64,000 bases of DNA. It comes from an uncultured virus (IMG/VR IMGVR_UViG_3300002161_000007) (taxonomy: Duplodnaviria; Heunggongvirae; Uroviricota; Caudoviricetes). Position 1 is the stretch's first letter; each line of letters opens with the position of its first letter. Shown here piece after piece: positions 38,382 through 48,738 of the stretch. Location of the stretch: IMG/VR virus record IMGVR_UViG_3300002161_000007, positions 1-64,000 of that record. The stretch is one strand, 5' to 3'. The notes beneath the pieces were generated by a model, which was not told where the DNA came from, did not search any database, and worked only from the letters and a program-made list of their open reading frames with translations. Position numbers and translations under genes: made by a program.

Positions 38382-38505
38382 AAAACTATTAGCAGTTCGT
38401 TGCCTTGGTTGTGGGGTTCTTTTTATGCGACCAGAAGATTATGCGATGCATTTCTCAAGCATTGGCTGTAACATGCAAACCCCCGTGTATAAGAAACGAG
38501 CATAA
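38332..38505 (+). CDS. Small C2HC zinc-finger-like protein (57 aa)
   Basis: Own translation containing CLGCGVLFMRPEDYAMHFSSIGC; AAGGA upstream; fills the gap before dnaC. Confidence 0.5.
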   Translation: MLNQQQPPLTPVSSENKKLLAVRCLGCGVLFMRPEDYAMHFSSIGCNMQTPVYKKRA

Positions 38506-38512
38506 GTACACC

Positions 38513-39145
38513 ATGACTGACTGGAAGAGTAATAAGTACTGGCGCAACCGTCCAGTAGAAGAGCGAGTGCGCAACCTACGTGTTCCACCTCGCTATAAGA
38601 CTTGCACGTTTGAGAACTATGACGAAGAGGAAGGTTCTCCAGCATTCAAAAGTGCTGTAGAGAAATGGTCTACAAGCATTGACAAGCGCATGGAAGATGG
38701 AATGGGTTTGTACATTTACGGTAAGACTGGTCTTGGTAAAACTCACATGGCAGTTTCTGCACTTAACCAGATCATCTCAACAAAGCAATTAAGTGGACTG
38801 TTCTTGTCTTATGACATATTCACTGAGATGGTTCATGACTCTCGCAACAATGACGGTGAACTGCCAGAGATGTACGGCGATCCAAATCTACTTAAGTACA
38901 TGCGACGTGTTTATGACATCGTTGTAATTGACAACTTGAACGCCGACCGCTTAACTGAGTACATGGCAAAGACGGTGTCAAACATGATTGAGTCTCGCTA
39001 CGAGATGCAATTGCCAACAATCTTTACAACTGAGATTATTCCTGACAAACTTCCAGCGATCTACAGTCCACGAGTTCACTCCATCATTAAGCAGTCATGC
39101 TTCATGGTTGGTGTAACTGGTGAAGACTACAGAACGAGGGATTAA
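38513..39145 (+). CDS. DnaC/IstB-like helicase loader ATPase
   Basis: VP.RY...TFENY, GLYIYGKTGLGKTH, VVIDNL, RY...LPTI.TT, G.DYR. Confidence 0.9.
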   Translation: MTDWKSNKYWRNRPVEERVRNLRVPPRYKTCTFENYDEEEGSPAFKSAVEKWSTSIDKRMEDGMGLYIYGKTGLGKTHMAVSALNQIISTKQLSGLFLSYDIFTEMVHDSRNNDGELPEMYGDPNLLKYMRRVYDIVVIDNLNADRLTEYMAKTVSNMIESRYEMQLPTIFTTEIIPDKLPAIYSPRVHSIIKQSCFMVGVTGEDYRTRD

Positions 39146-39585
39146 TGCTCGGTAACGATATTCAGTCTTACGACTACATCGGATTCGGAGTGGTGTTTGA
39201 AGACCTTCTTGCTACACCACCTGTAAAATTAAAAGCACTAGGTGCATCGTTGTATCAGGCACGCAACAATTGGAACCGTGTCATTGAACAATGGAAGCCA
39301 AACGACATGCCATTGAAAGCGCTGTACGACACAACCAATCGGTTGGGCATAGGAGCAGAAGTATTTACTTTCTTACATCCTGATGCTGTGCCTGCAATTG
39401 AACAATTCTTATTTCGCAAAGATATTTCTGTTCCCGTTCTTTACTACAAAGCGGTAGAAGATTTGGAATATGACTTGCGTTTCAAGCGAGCAATTCGTAC
39501 AATCTTCGTTCCGCACAAAGAACAAGCCTCAGTGCTTGGGATGCGTGCAACAGTCACACCTCCTACTAGCGCTTGGGTTCTCTAA
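39145..39585 (+). CDS. Hypothetical protein (possible degenerate HAD fold)
   Basis: Coupled ORF between loader and helicase. Confidence 0.6.
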   Translation: MLGNDIQSYDYIGFGVVFEDLLATPPVKLKALGASLYQARNNWNRVIEQWKPNDMPLKALYDTTNRLGIGAEVFTFLHPDAVPAIEQFLFRKDISVPVLYYKAVEDLEYDLRFKRAIRTIFVPHKEQASVLGMRATVTPPTSAWVL

Positions 39586-40841
39586 TGGCATCAACTGAAC
39601 ATCTCTTAATCAGTAAGGTAATCCAAACCTCAGACCTCAGCGAAGTCATTGATGCAGGTATTCGCCCCGAGCACTTCAGCGGTGAGTGGTCTGACATCTG
39701 GCTATGGGTTCTTAACTACTGGCGTGAATACAGCACTATTCCAACGGCTCGTGCGTTTAAACAAGAGTACGCAGATGTTCGTTTGCTCAACGCAGAGAAT
39801 GAACCATTCCAGGCGCTCATTGATGAGATCTACATTGCCTACAAACAACAGCACTTGGTGCAAGCAATTACATCTGCACTACCAGCACTGAACAACAACG
39901 AGACAGAAGAAGCATTCAACAAACTGTCAGAAGGTTTACAAAAAGCATCAGTAGAGGTTGCACGACTACGAGACGTTGACCTCACGCAATCGTGGGAAGG
40001 ACGGTTAGCAAAATATGAAGAAATGCGTAACACCCCGAACGGTCTACGTGGCATTCCGACAGGCTTCTTGGGTCTTGATCGGATCACTGCTGGTCTTCGG
40101 CCTCAGCAGTTGGTTACGTTCGTTGGTGAAGCAAAAAAAGGTAAATCATTAATGACCTTGATCATGGCTGATGCGGCTCACAACCACGGCATCACGCCAA
40201 TGTATGTTTCATTTGAAATGAGTATTGAAGAACAAGCGGCTCGTTATGACGCCATCATCTCAGGTATTCCTCATACACGGATCATCCGAGGTGATTTGAC
40301 TGCAAGTGACATGGAGAAATTAAGCAAGGCACTTAGTATCCGTAAGAACATGCAACCATTCATCATGACAGAAGATGCGCACTCATTAACTACAGTAAGC
40401 GCACTTGCTGGAAAAGTACAACAGCACCGACCACGCTTGCTCATCGTTGACGGTGTGTATTTGATGGACGATGAAAACGGAGAACCAAAAGGTTCACCTC
40501 AAGCACTGACAAATATCACACGAGCATTAAAGAGGTTGGCACAGCGCTTTGATATCCCTATCATCGGAACTACGCAGGTGCTGTCGTGGAAACTTGGTAA
40601 CAAGAAGTCACGTCAAATTACTGCGGAAGCAATCGGATATACCTCATCATTTGCACAAGACTCAGACCTTGTGTTGGGCGTTGAGTCAGACCCCGATGTA
40701 GACAACCAAGCAATCATCAGAGTAATTTTGTCCCGCTCATCCCCAAAGGGAGAAGTAAGAATCAAATGGGATTGGGACACAATGAATTTCACGGAGGTAG
40801 ACGAAAATGACACAGGCGATCATGACAACTGGTACTACTGA
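39585..40841 (+). CDS. dnaB: Replicative DNA helicase (DnaB-like)
   Basis: GIPTGF..LD..T.GL, GEAKKGKS, SFEMS, IVDGVYLM, LK.LA....IPII...Q, QDSD. Confidence 0.92.
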   Translation: MASTEHLLISKVIQTSDLSEVIDAGIRPEHFSGEWSDIWLWVLNYWREYSTIPTARAFKQEYADVRLLNAENEPFQALIDEIYIAYKQQHLVQAITSALPALNNNETEEAFNKLSEGLQKASVEVARLRDVDLTQSWEGRLAKYEEMRNTPNGLRGIPTGFLGLDRITAGLRPQQLVTFVGEAKKGKSLMTLIMADAAHNHGITPMYVSFEMSIEEQAARYDAIISGIPHTRIIRGDLTASDMEKLSKALSIRKNMQPFIMTEDAHSLTTVSALAGKVQQHRPRLLIVDGVYLMDDENGEPKGSPQALTNITRALKRLAQRFDIPIIGTTQVLSWKLGNKKSRQITAEAIGYTSSFAQDSDLVLGVESDPDVDNQAIIRVILSRSSPKGEVRIKWDWDTMNFTEVDENDTGDHDNWYY

Positions 40842-41730
40842 TCTCTACAGCGTTCTTTTAGAACTTGGCGTAGATGTACGCCGAACAAATGGACGAGAGA
40901 TTTCAGGATGCTGTCCAGTACACGAGAAGCGCACGGGTCGTGCAGATGGTTCTCCATCATGGTCAATGAACTCAGAAACAGGTCTATGGATCTGTCATTC
41001 ATGCGGTGGTAAAGGAACCCTTGCCTCGCTCGTATCTGAACTCACAGGTAACCCTGACAGCGTCTCTGCTGTTAATCAGTTGCTGATTGAGACAGGCATC
41101 AACCGTCTCACCGCCCCAGAACGTGTTGAGTACAAGCCAGAGGTTGACTGGGTGTCATACAGTCGCTATGAGAACCCACCATTACATGAGATCGTTAAGC
41201 GCAACCTAGATCCTGATGTCGCACTAGCGCACGGAGTTAAGTGGAACGTGCGTAAACATGCATGGGTCATTCCTATTGTTTCCCCACTCGGAGAACTTAT
41301 GGGCTGGCAGGAAAAAGGTCCTGATTATTTCAACAATGAACCTGCGGGTGTTAAGAAGAGCAACACTCTTTTTGGCATTGAGCGTTTTCAGTCACGCACT
41401 GCTGTCCTTGTTGAATCACCGCTGGACGTGGTGAGGTTTGCATCTGCATTCGGGGGCATGCAAGCACTCGCCACGTTTGGCGCTCATGTAAGCAAAGAAC
41501 AAATCAACATATTGGTGAGTGTTGCAGATCGTGTGATAATCGCAATGGATCACGATAAAGCAGGAACTGAATCAGCAAAGACTTTGTTCAAGACACTCCC
41601 ACGCTTCCGCAGTGGTATCTTTTGGTTAGATTATTCACGGACAGATGCAAAAGATATTGGCGATATGACAGACGATGAAGTAAGTTATGCAATAGGTAAT
41701 GCGTCTGTGTTGCCATGGTGGATGACGTGA
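40807..41730 (+). CDS. DNA primase (Zn finger plus TOPRIM)
   Basis: CPVH...CHSC, LVES.LD, MDHDKAG, KDIGD. Confidence 0.9.
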   Translation: MTQAIMTTGTTDLYSVLLELGVDVRRTNGREISGCCPVHEKRTGRADGSPSWSMNSETGLWICHSCGGKGTLASLVSELTGNPDSVSAVNQLLIETGINRLTAPERVEYKPEVDWVSYSRYENPPLHEIVKRNLDPDVALAHGVKWNVRKHAWVIPIVSPLGELMGWQEKGPDYFNNEPAGVKKSNTLFGIERFQSRTAVLVESPLDVVRFASAFGGMQALATFGAHVSKEQINILVSVADRVIIAMDHDKAGTESAKTLFKTLPRFRSGIFWLDYSRTDAKDIGDMTDDEVSYAIGNASVLPWWMT

Positions 41731-43274
41731 CCTTTAAGGGCGAACTGTACCCGTTCCAACAAGAAGCCATGGAGCGCATGAGCGACCGTGGTCAGATGTT
41801 GCTTGCCATGGTGATGGGTGCTGGAAAGACACCAACCACTCTTTCAACGCTAGAGCACTTGTTTGATAACAAAGAGATTGATCGTGTTGCCATTGTCGTA
41901 CCATCATCATTGAAGTTCCAGTGGCTTCGTGAAATCAAGAAGTTCACAGACTCTAAAGCAATTGTTATTGATGGCTCTAAAGCGGCTCGTGCAAACCTTT
42001 GGCGCATGGCACGTATGTGCAAGTACGTCATTGTCAACCCTGAGATGTTGGTTAATGATGAGAAAGAGTTCTTGGCGCTGAAGTGCAACGCCATGGTGAT
42101 TGACGAAGCAACCATCATTAAGTCACCAAAAGCAAAACGTTCCAAGTTACTTAAGCGCCTTGGTTCCAAGTGCCACTATCGCTTTGCATTAACAGGTCAG
42201 CCAATTGAAAACAAGCCAGAAGAACTGTTTTCTATTATGGAGTTTGTTGACAAGACAGTGCTTGGTCGCTTTGACATCTTTGACCGCACCTTCATCCAGC
42301 GTGACCACTTTGGTAAGCCAGTTCGCTATCGCAACCTAAAGAGCCTGCAAGAAAGCCTGACCGAGGTAATGGTACGCAAGACCCGTGCCGACATCGCTGA
42401 CCAACTTCCTAAAGTTGTGCACCAACTCATCCCAGTTGTATTTGATACTGCTGGTGCTAATGCATACCGTGCAATTACTAAAGACCTTGTAAAGGAGATA
42501 CAAAACGCCATTAGTCAACACGGACGTGGTTTTGATCTGTGGTCTCATTACAACGGGGGAGACAAGGGTGGTGAGGCACAAGGGCAGATTATGTCCCGCC
42601 TCACCATTCTTCGTATGCTCTGTGACAACCCAGCGCTTGTGTATGAATCTGCCCAAAACTACCGAACCACTGGTGGCTCCACAGGAAGTCTCTATGCAGA
42701 CAACATCATCAAACTAGGTTGGTTGAGTGAGACAGCAAAGTCACCAAAGTTAGAGTCGGTTATGGAATACATCAAGAACATCCTTGACAGTGATACGACC
42801 AGCAAGGTTGTTCTCTTTTCATTCTTTAAACGAAACCTTAAACTCATACAAGAGGCTATGGCGTCAACCACCAACAGCGTGCTGTTCATGGGCGGTATGA
42901 CCGCCGAAGAGCGAGACGCCGCCAAACAACAGTTTGCTACTGACCCGCATACCCGCCTGTTCCTATCGTCAGACGCTGGTGGCTACGGCGTGGACTTGCC
43001 CAACGCCAACTACCTCATCTCTTATGACCTGCCATGGAGCGCTGGAAAACTGGATCAGCGGGAAGCCCGAATCATTAGGTTGTCTTCAGTACACCCCCAT
43101 GTTACAGTTGCATCCTTCGTTATGAAGGGATCAATTGAGGAACGTCAATACGAAATGCTTCAACAGAAGCGGGGTATTAACGAAGCCTTTATTGATGGCA
43201 ACTACGACAGTCAGGGAAAGTACGAATTAACGATTGGTACCTTGTCTGACTTTTTATCAAACTCGGAGGTATAA
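41727..43274 (+). CDS. SNF2-family helicase
   Basis: LYPFQ, MGAGKT, IDEA, LTG.PIEN, G.G.DL..A...I.YDLPW, QR.ARI.R. Confidence 0.92.
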   Translation: MTFKGELYPFQQEAMERMSDRGQMLLAMVMGAGKTPTTLSTLEHLFDNKEIDRVAIVVPSSLKFQWLREIKKFTDSKAIVIDGSKAARANLWRMARMCKYVIVNPEMLVNDEKEFLALKCNAMVIDEATIIKSPKAKRSKLLKRLGSKCHYRFALTGQPIENKPEELFSIMEFVDKTVLGRFDIFDRTFIQRDHFGKPVRYRNLKSLQESLTEVMVRKTRADIADQLPKVVHQLIPVVFDTAGANAYRAITKDLVKEIQNAISQHGRGFDLWSHYNGGDKGGEAQGQIMSRLTILRMLCDNPALVYESAQNYRTTGGSTGSLYADNIIKLGWLSETAKSPKLESVMEYIKNILDSDTTSKVVLFSFFKRNLKLIQEAMASTTNSVLFMGGMTAEERDAAKQQFATDPHTRLFLSSDAGGYGVDLPNANYLISYDLPWSAGKLDQREARIIRLSSVHPHVTVASFVMKGSIEERQYEMLQQKRGINEAFIDGNYDSQGKYELTIGTLSDFLSNSEV

Positions 43275-43276
43275 AT

Positions 43277-43708
43277 ATGGCAACAGTAAAGAGAGAGAAA
43301 CCGCAAGACTCCATCATTGAGAACTTTGATGAGATGCACCTAGAGCGCCTTGCAGAAGAATTCAAGAAGTCCAAAGAGACTATTGAAATTCTGGAGAAGC
43401 GCCACAACGAAATGAAAAAGCAACTTACCGAGGCTGTGACAACCTTTGGTTACAGTGACGACAAAGGACACCAGTGGCTCAAAGTTGGTTCTTACGAACT
43501 AAAGCGTGAGCGCCGTGTTGCTCGTTCATTTGATCTTGCATCTGCTGAAGCATGGGCTAAAGCAAATGGTTTGTGGGATGAAGTCAAAGAAGTTGTAGAG
43601 GTAACCAGTGAAGCCAACTTGCTTCGCCTCGCATGGGAGAACAAGGATTACATGGACACTGTAAGTGCCTTCTACACTGAGAAAGAGACTTGGGCATTCA
43701 AAGCATGA
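43277..43708 (+). CDS. Hypothetical coiled-coil protein
   Basis: GGAGG RBS; within the replication module. Confidence 0.65.
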   Translation: MATVKREKPQDSIIENFDEMHLERLAEEFKKSKETIEILEKRHNEMKKQLTEAVTTFGYSDDKGHQWLKVGSYELKRERRVARSFDLASAEAWAKANGLWDEVKEVVEVTSEANLLRLAWENKDYMDTVSAFYTEKETWAFKA

Positions 43709-44142
43709 CCGATAAAGCCTTGGAGATGTTTGGTGACCTGCCTGACTTTCCAGGTAAGCGTGCGCCTAAAAACAGACCGACAACTAAGCGCACTAACGAT
43801 CTCGGTATCAACGACCGACTCAACGGTGCCAAAGGAAAGAGTTTTAAAGTCAATGGTGAAGACAAGTTGTTCTTTAGCATTGGTGAACTTGCTAAAGCGT
43901 TGGGACGCCGTCCTGTTACGCTTCGCATGTGGGAATCACGTGGTTGGATACCAAAAGCCACGTACCGTACGCCTAAACCAAAGGGTGTACAAATTCCTGA
44001 CAAAAGTGTCCAAGGACGTAGGTTATACAGCCTTGAACAGGTAGAGTTCCTGCTTGAAGCGTTGGAGCGATTTCGCCTCAACACGACAAGTCCTCAATGG
44101 GACTCATTTAGAAATCACGTAAGAAGCAATTATCCAAAATAA
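43705..44142 (+). CDS. MerR-like HTH DNA-binding protein
   Basis: FSIGELAKALGR...TLR.WE..G.IP...RRLYS.EQV. Confidence 0.82.
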   Translation: MTDKALEMFGDLPDFPGKRAPKNRPTTKRTNDLGINDRLNGAKGKSFKVNGEDKLFFSIGELAKALGRRPVTLRMWESRGWIPKATYRTPKPKGVQIPDKSVQGRRLYSLEQVEFLLEALERFRLNTTSPQWDSFRNHVRSNYPK

Positions 44143-44160
44143 ACACACGAAGGAAAAACG

Positions 44161-44889
44161 ATGCCATTCAATGAATTTGAAGATGACGAACAGGAATTCC
44201 AACCAGTCGTCCGCAAGAAGCCAGCACAAGCAACTGGCAATGTAGAAATCACACGCAATCCACGACCAGCGATCGTTCTTGAAGAAGACGGCGAAGCCTC
44301 ACCAAAAGCACGCCGTGTTGTTCGCAGTGGTTGGAGCGGTGTTGATTCCGTAAAGACTGGTAACAGTGACTACGCTGTCCGTCTTAAGTTGACCGAAGAC
44401 ACTCAGATCATTCGCTTTATCGGTGACGCCCCATACGCTTCGTATGGTCAGCACTGGCTTGAGCGTTCTGGTCAGAAGTCATTCGTTTGCATTGGTGAGG
44501 ACTGCCCACTTTGCAAAGCAGGCAACCGCCCATCCAAGCGCCACAACTTCAACGTTGCACTCCTTACCGAAGGTGAAGAGCCAGCGCTCCGTTCGTTGGA
44601 GATTGGTCCACGAGTGATTGATCAGTTGAAGAACTTTCACAACTCAGACCGCACTGGTCCGTTGGACAAGCACTACTGGGCAATCTCACGCACAGGTAAG
44701 GGCGCAACCTCGTCCACCTTGCTTCAGATGGTTAAGGCATCAGATCTTGAGGAGTGGGGCTTGTCCGCACTTACCGCAGATCAACTTGCAGAGTTCTCAG
44801 AAACTGCGTACACAGAAGACATCATTCAGGTGCCTTCAAAGCGTGACTTGATGCAGATCGCATCAGAAGAACTCGGCTTTAACAACTAA
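44161..44889 (+). CDS. Single-stranded DNA-binding protein (gp32-like, Zn-binding)
   Basis: IRF, QHW, C.GEDCPLC, ISRTGKG; precedes the polymerase. Confidence 0.7.
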   Translation: MPFNEFEDDEQEFQPVVRKKPAQATGNVEITRNPRPAIVLEEDGEASPKARRVVRSGWSGVDSVKTGNSDYAVRLKLTEDTQIIRFIGDAPYASYGQHWLERSGQKSFVCIGEDCPLCKAGNRPSKRHNFNVALLTEGEEPALRSLEIGPRVIDQLKNFHNSDRTGPLDKHYWAISRTGKGATSSTLLQMVKASDLEEWGLSALTADQLAEFSETAYTEDIIQVPSKRDLMQIASEELGFNN

Positions 44890-44892
44890 GCC

Positions 44893-46974
44893 GTGACAAC
44901 TATTAAAGATAATGACATGGGGCGCCTAGCGCCCCATGTTGTGTCTACCACCGAGGAACTACATGAAATCGTCTCCATTATCCAAGGCACTGGTGCTTTT
45001 GCATTTGACCTTGAAACCCGTGGAGTACTTGATCGCCATCCCGACCTTCTTGAGCACATTGAAGCGGAATGGAAAGCGCACGTCTCAAAACTAAAGAGCG
45101 CTTCACCAGACATTGCTCGTAAAGCACGAGAGAAGATAGAAGGTGACTATCGCAAGATGCTGGCGCTTGACCCATTGCGCAATGAGGTGTTTTGGATTGG
45201 TATCGCTACCAAAGGACAGTCGTGGGCAATCCCTATGGGTCACAGCCATGGCACTATCTTGGTGCCTGAAGAGATTGGTGATGGCAGTACCGTACCACCT
45301 GAGGGTTACCGTAAGGTTCTCAAGAACGGTCAAGAGTCCACTGCTAAAGCCAAGTACCACATCCCAGCGCAGTATTCACCAGTGCCCGAGCAGTTGTCTC
45401 GCTCAGTTGTGTTGGAAGCGCTTCGCCCCTTGTTTTTTAGTGACCTCATTAAAGTAGGGCACAACGTAAAGTTTGACGCTCGCTCACTAAGCAAGTACTA
45501 CGGCACCGTACCCGATGGTCCATACCGAGACACCATGCTTTTGCAACACGCTATTAATGAGAACATGATGTCATACTCGTTAGAGAGTCTCATTCAACAA
45601 AATTACGACAAGCACAACGCATACTCCCGTGAAGGTAAGTTGGGCAAGATCATTGACGAGGTGCCATTTGACGTGGCGGCTCGCTATGTACATCTTGATG
45701 CTCGTTGGACTTGGATGCTTTATGAGCGCCTATCTAGTTACTTAAAGCATCACGCTGATCTACAGCGTGTTGTTGTACAGGACTCTGAAGTGCTTCGTGT
45801 GCTCATGCTCATGGAAAACGAAGGCATCCCTGTTGATCAGTACCGCCTCAAAAGCCTAGGTAAAGAACTAGATGGCAAGATGCGAGACATCTTGTTGGAA
45901 TTGTCTAAGTACGCACCTGTGGGCTTTAACCCTGATTCCACCAAGCACAAGCAAGTCTTTTTGTTTAATAAAAAGCGTGAGGGTGGACTGGGACTAAAAC
46001 CATTTAAAGAAACAAAAGGTGGCGCCCCATCCGTTGACGAAGAGTCACTAAAGCGTCTTGAGTCAAAGCACCCAGCCATTACTTTGCTATTGCAGTGGTC
46101 AGAAACGCAGAAACTTAAATCAACATATGTTGACGGCTTATTGCCTAAATTGTCCAAAGGGCGCCTGCATCCTTCATTCAATTTGCACCGAACTGCAACA
46201 GGGCGTCTGTCATCGTCTAACCCAAATCTACAGAACATCCCACGAGAGTCCAGTATCCGTAGTTTATTTACAGCCCCTGAGGGATACACCATGCTGGTGG
46301 CTGACTACGACCAGATTGAACTCCGAGTTATGGCGATGTTCTCCAAGGATCCTGAGTTAATTTACATTTTTAATAACAACATTGACATTCATGCTGGTGC
46401 GGCGGCTTTATTGTTTGGCAAGGACGTTACCGAGGTAACTGATGACGAACGCCAGATTGGTAAAGGTGTGAACTTCTTGACCGCTTACGGCGGTGGTTAT
46501 ATGAAACTGGCTCGCACCACAGGGATTCCTGAAGAGCGTGCCAAGTACATGATCAACCGCTATTACGAGCAGTTTGCAGGATTGACCCAGTGGAAGCGCC
46601 ATGTGGTGTCCCAAGCCCGTGCTAAAGGCTATGTAACGACTTTAACGGGGCGTAGGCGCCATTTGCCCGATATTAAGTCCACAGACGATGAGAAGCGCTC
46701 CAGAGCAGAGAGACAGGCTGTTAACGCCGTAGTCCAAGGTAGTGCGGCTGACATCTGCAAGATTGCCATGATTGACATTGAAAAAGCCCTACGAGGAACT
46801 GATACTAGGATGTTGGTCCAGGTTCATGACGAAATCGTGACCGCAGTACCAGAAGACTCATGGGAGGCAATCATGCCACGATTTATGGAAGCAATGGGTG
46901 ACGGCGTCATCCTCAAAGGCGTACCGCTACGGGTGTCATGCAATGTCGCTCATAACTGGGCAGACGCTAAGTGA
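44893..46974 (+). CDS. polA: Family A DNA polymerase with 3'-5' exonuclease
   Basis: FDLET, GHNVKFD, TGRLSSSNPNLQNIP, ADYDQIELR, R..GK.VNF...YG, QVHDE. Confidence 0.96.
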   Translation: MTTIKDNDMGRLAPHVVSTTEELHEIVSIIQGTGAFAFDLETRGVLDRHPDLLEHIEAEWKAHVSKLKSASPDIARKAREKIEGDYRKMLALDPLRNEVFWIGIATKGQSWAIPMGHSHGTILVPEEIGDGSTVPPEGYRKVLKNGQESTAKAKYHIPAQYSPVPEQLSRSVVLEALRPLFFSDLIKVGHNVKFDARSLSKYYGTVPDGPYRDTMLLQHAINENMMSYSLESLIQQNYDKHNAYSREGKLGKIIDEVPFDVAARYVHLDARWTWMLYERLSSYLKHHADLQRVVVQDSEVLRVLMLMENEGIPVDQYRLKSLGKELDGKMRDILLELSKYAPVGFNPDSTKHKQVFLFNKKREGGLGLKPFKETKGGAPSVDEESLKRLESKHPAITLLLQWSETQKLKSTYVDGLLPKLSKGRLHPSFNLHRTATGRLSSSNPNLQNIPRESSIRSLFTAPEGYTMLVADYDQIELRVMAMFSKDPELIYIFNNNIDIHAGAAALLFGKDVTEVTDDERQIGKGVNFLTAYGGGYMKLARTTGIPEERAKYMINRYYEQFAGLTQWKRHVVSQARAKGYVTTLTGRRRHLPDIKSTDDEKRSRAERQAVNAVVQGSAADICKIAMIDIEKALRGTDTRMLVQVHDEIVTAVPEDSWEAIMPRFMEAMGDGVILKGVPLRVSCNVAHNWADAK

Positions 46975-47327
46975 TGACCGACATAGATCGGCGTAACTTT
47001 TATTTAATGCTGTCAGTTCCTGATGGTCAGGGGTACGCCGAGACTATGGGGTTTTCACCACCATCTGAGGACGTGCGAGAAGTTGAATATGCAGACATCT
47101 TGTCACGTTGGGGAGTTTTCTTGGCAACCGAGATATACAACGAAATACTAGAAGGAGCAAATTGGTTTGCTGATTTCTTAGAAAAATCCGATAAACTAGT
47201 TTCCCCTAAAGATGAACTTACTGCGGTGCTGACTGTCTTTGGTATGGCTGTAGTAAATAAACTTGCTGAGGCTGAAAAAGTGTTAATTATGTTGGACGAT
47301 ATACTTTACGGAGAAGAGTATGAGTGA
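46971..47327 (+). CDS. Hypothetical protein
   Basis: Coupled ORF. Confidence 0.6.
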   Translation: MMTDIDRRNFYLMLSVPDGQGYAETMGFSPPSEDVREVEYADILSRWGVFLATEIYNEILEGANWFADFLEKSDKLVSPKDELTAVLTVFGMAVVNKLAEAEKVLIMLDDILYGEEYE

Positions 47328-47721
47328 TTGGTGGAGCAAAAAGATCGCAGGAGAGAAGCCAGCGCCTACACGGACAACAGCAACCCCACCTACTACTCCT
47401 CCTTTGCGTTTCCCTGCGCCACAACAACAGACTGCTCCGCAGGTGCATCAAACAGCGCATAATCAAAATGTTTTAGATCCAAACCGTGCACCCACAGAAC
47501 AAATCTCCATGGGTGAAGCATTGCGTTTATGGAAAGGTGGTGAAGCCGCTCGTAAAGAAGGTGACGCCACTTGTCCAGAGTGCGGAAGTATTTATGTATT
47601 TAGTCGTGTTGGGCGTGGTTCCAACAGTATGATCAACGGAGCACAGCCAGCCCCACGATGTTATTCGTGTGGTTGGAACGGAAGATATTCACAAGCAGAC
47701 CAATCCAACTGGGGAGTATAA
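47320..47721 (+). CDS. Zinc-ribbon protein
   Basis: CPECGS...RCYSCGW; GGAG RBS. Confidence 0.65.
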   Translation: MSDWWSKKIAGEKPAPTRTTATPPTTPPLRFPAPQQQTAPQVHQTAHNQNVLDPNRAPTEQISMGEALRLWKGGEAARKEGDATCPECGSIYVFSRVGRGSNSMINGAQPAPRCYSCGWNGRYSQADQSNWGV

Positions 47722-48738
47722 ATGTCAGACTACGAGTCGCTTAATTCAATCATCAATGCGATGAACAAGAAGTACGGCGATGGAGCCATCGTCAAAGGCA
47801 GTGAAGTGCGTGAACTCATGCCACGTATCACGACAGGCGTTCTTGCGTATGACCTCATGCTTGGTGGAGGGTGGCCTGCTAATCAATGGAGTGAAATTAT
47901 TGGTGAAGAGTCATCGGGTAAAACTGCTCTTGCGTACAAAACAATTGCGGCTAATCAAGCACTTGACCCAGATTTCACAGCACTTTGGGTTGCGGCTGAA
48001 GAATACGTACCTGACTATGCCAAGAGCATTGGCGTAGACCTTGAACGACTGTGGGTTGTTGAGTCCAACATCATGGAACAGGTATATGACCTTGTCATCA
48101 AGACACTTGATAACCGTGCTGTTGACATGATTGTTATTGATTCGTTGCCTGCACTTGTACCAAGTGATGAATCAGAAAAGATGATGGAAGAGTTCACTGT
48201 AGGTCTTGGTGCTCGTCTCACAGGTAAGTTCTTCCGTAAGTCTTCTAAGTCACAGAAACGCTCATTGATCCATGACGAGCGCCAGTGCACAGGCATCATG
48301 ATTAACCAGTGGCGTGAGAAGATTGGTGTTATGTGGGGAGACAACCGCACGACCCCAGGTGGTAAGGCTAAGAACTTCCACTACTTCTGCCGTGTTGAAG
48401 TAAAGCGTGACGAATGGATTAAAGCCAAAGACGAGACTGTTGGTCAAACCATCAAGGCTCGCACCATGAAGAACAAAACCTACAGACCACAACAAGTTGC
48501 TGTAGTTGATTATTACTTTGCAGATACCACAGGATTTAATCGTGGTGACTTTGATACAACCAAGGATGTTGTCAACATTGCTATTGCATACGAGTTGATT
48601 ACTCGTGCTGGCGCTTACTACTCGTACGGCGATCAGAAGTGGCAAGGCAAGGACGGTGTGCTCCAAGCAGTTCGTGAAGACGCAGACCTCCGAGACAAGA
48701 TCACTAAAGAAGTCTTCACTAAGTTTGGTCTTGAATGA
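47722..48738 (+). CDS. recA: RecA recombinase
   Basis: TG.L..D..LGGG.P, GEESSGKT, VIDS, INQ.REKIGVM.G...TTPGGKA, GAYYSY. Confidence 0.95.
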   Translation: MSDYESLNSIINAMNKKYGDGAIVKGSEVRELMPRITTGVLAYDLMLGGGWPANQWSEIIGEESSGKTALAYKTIAANQALDPDFTALWVAAEEYVPDYAKSIGVDLERLWVVESNIMEQVYDLVIKTLDNRAVDMIVIDSLPALVPSDESEKMMEEFTVGLGARLTGKFFRKSSKSQKRSLIHDERQCTGIMINQWREKIGVMWGDNRTTPGGKAKNFHYFCRVEVKRDEWIKAKDETVGQTIKARTMKNKTYRPQQVAVVDYYFADTTGFNRGDFDTTKDVVNIAIAYELITRAGAYYSYGDQKWQGKDGVLQAVREDADLRDKITKEVFTKFGLE

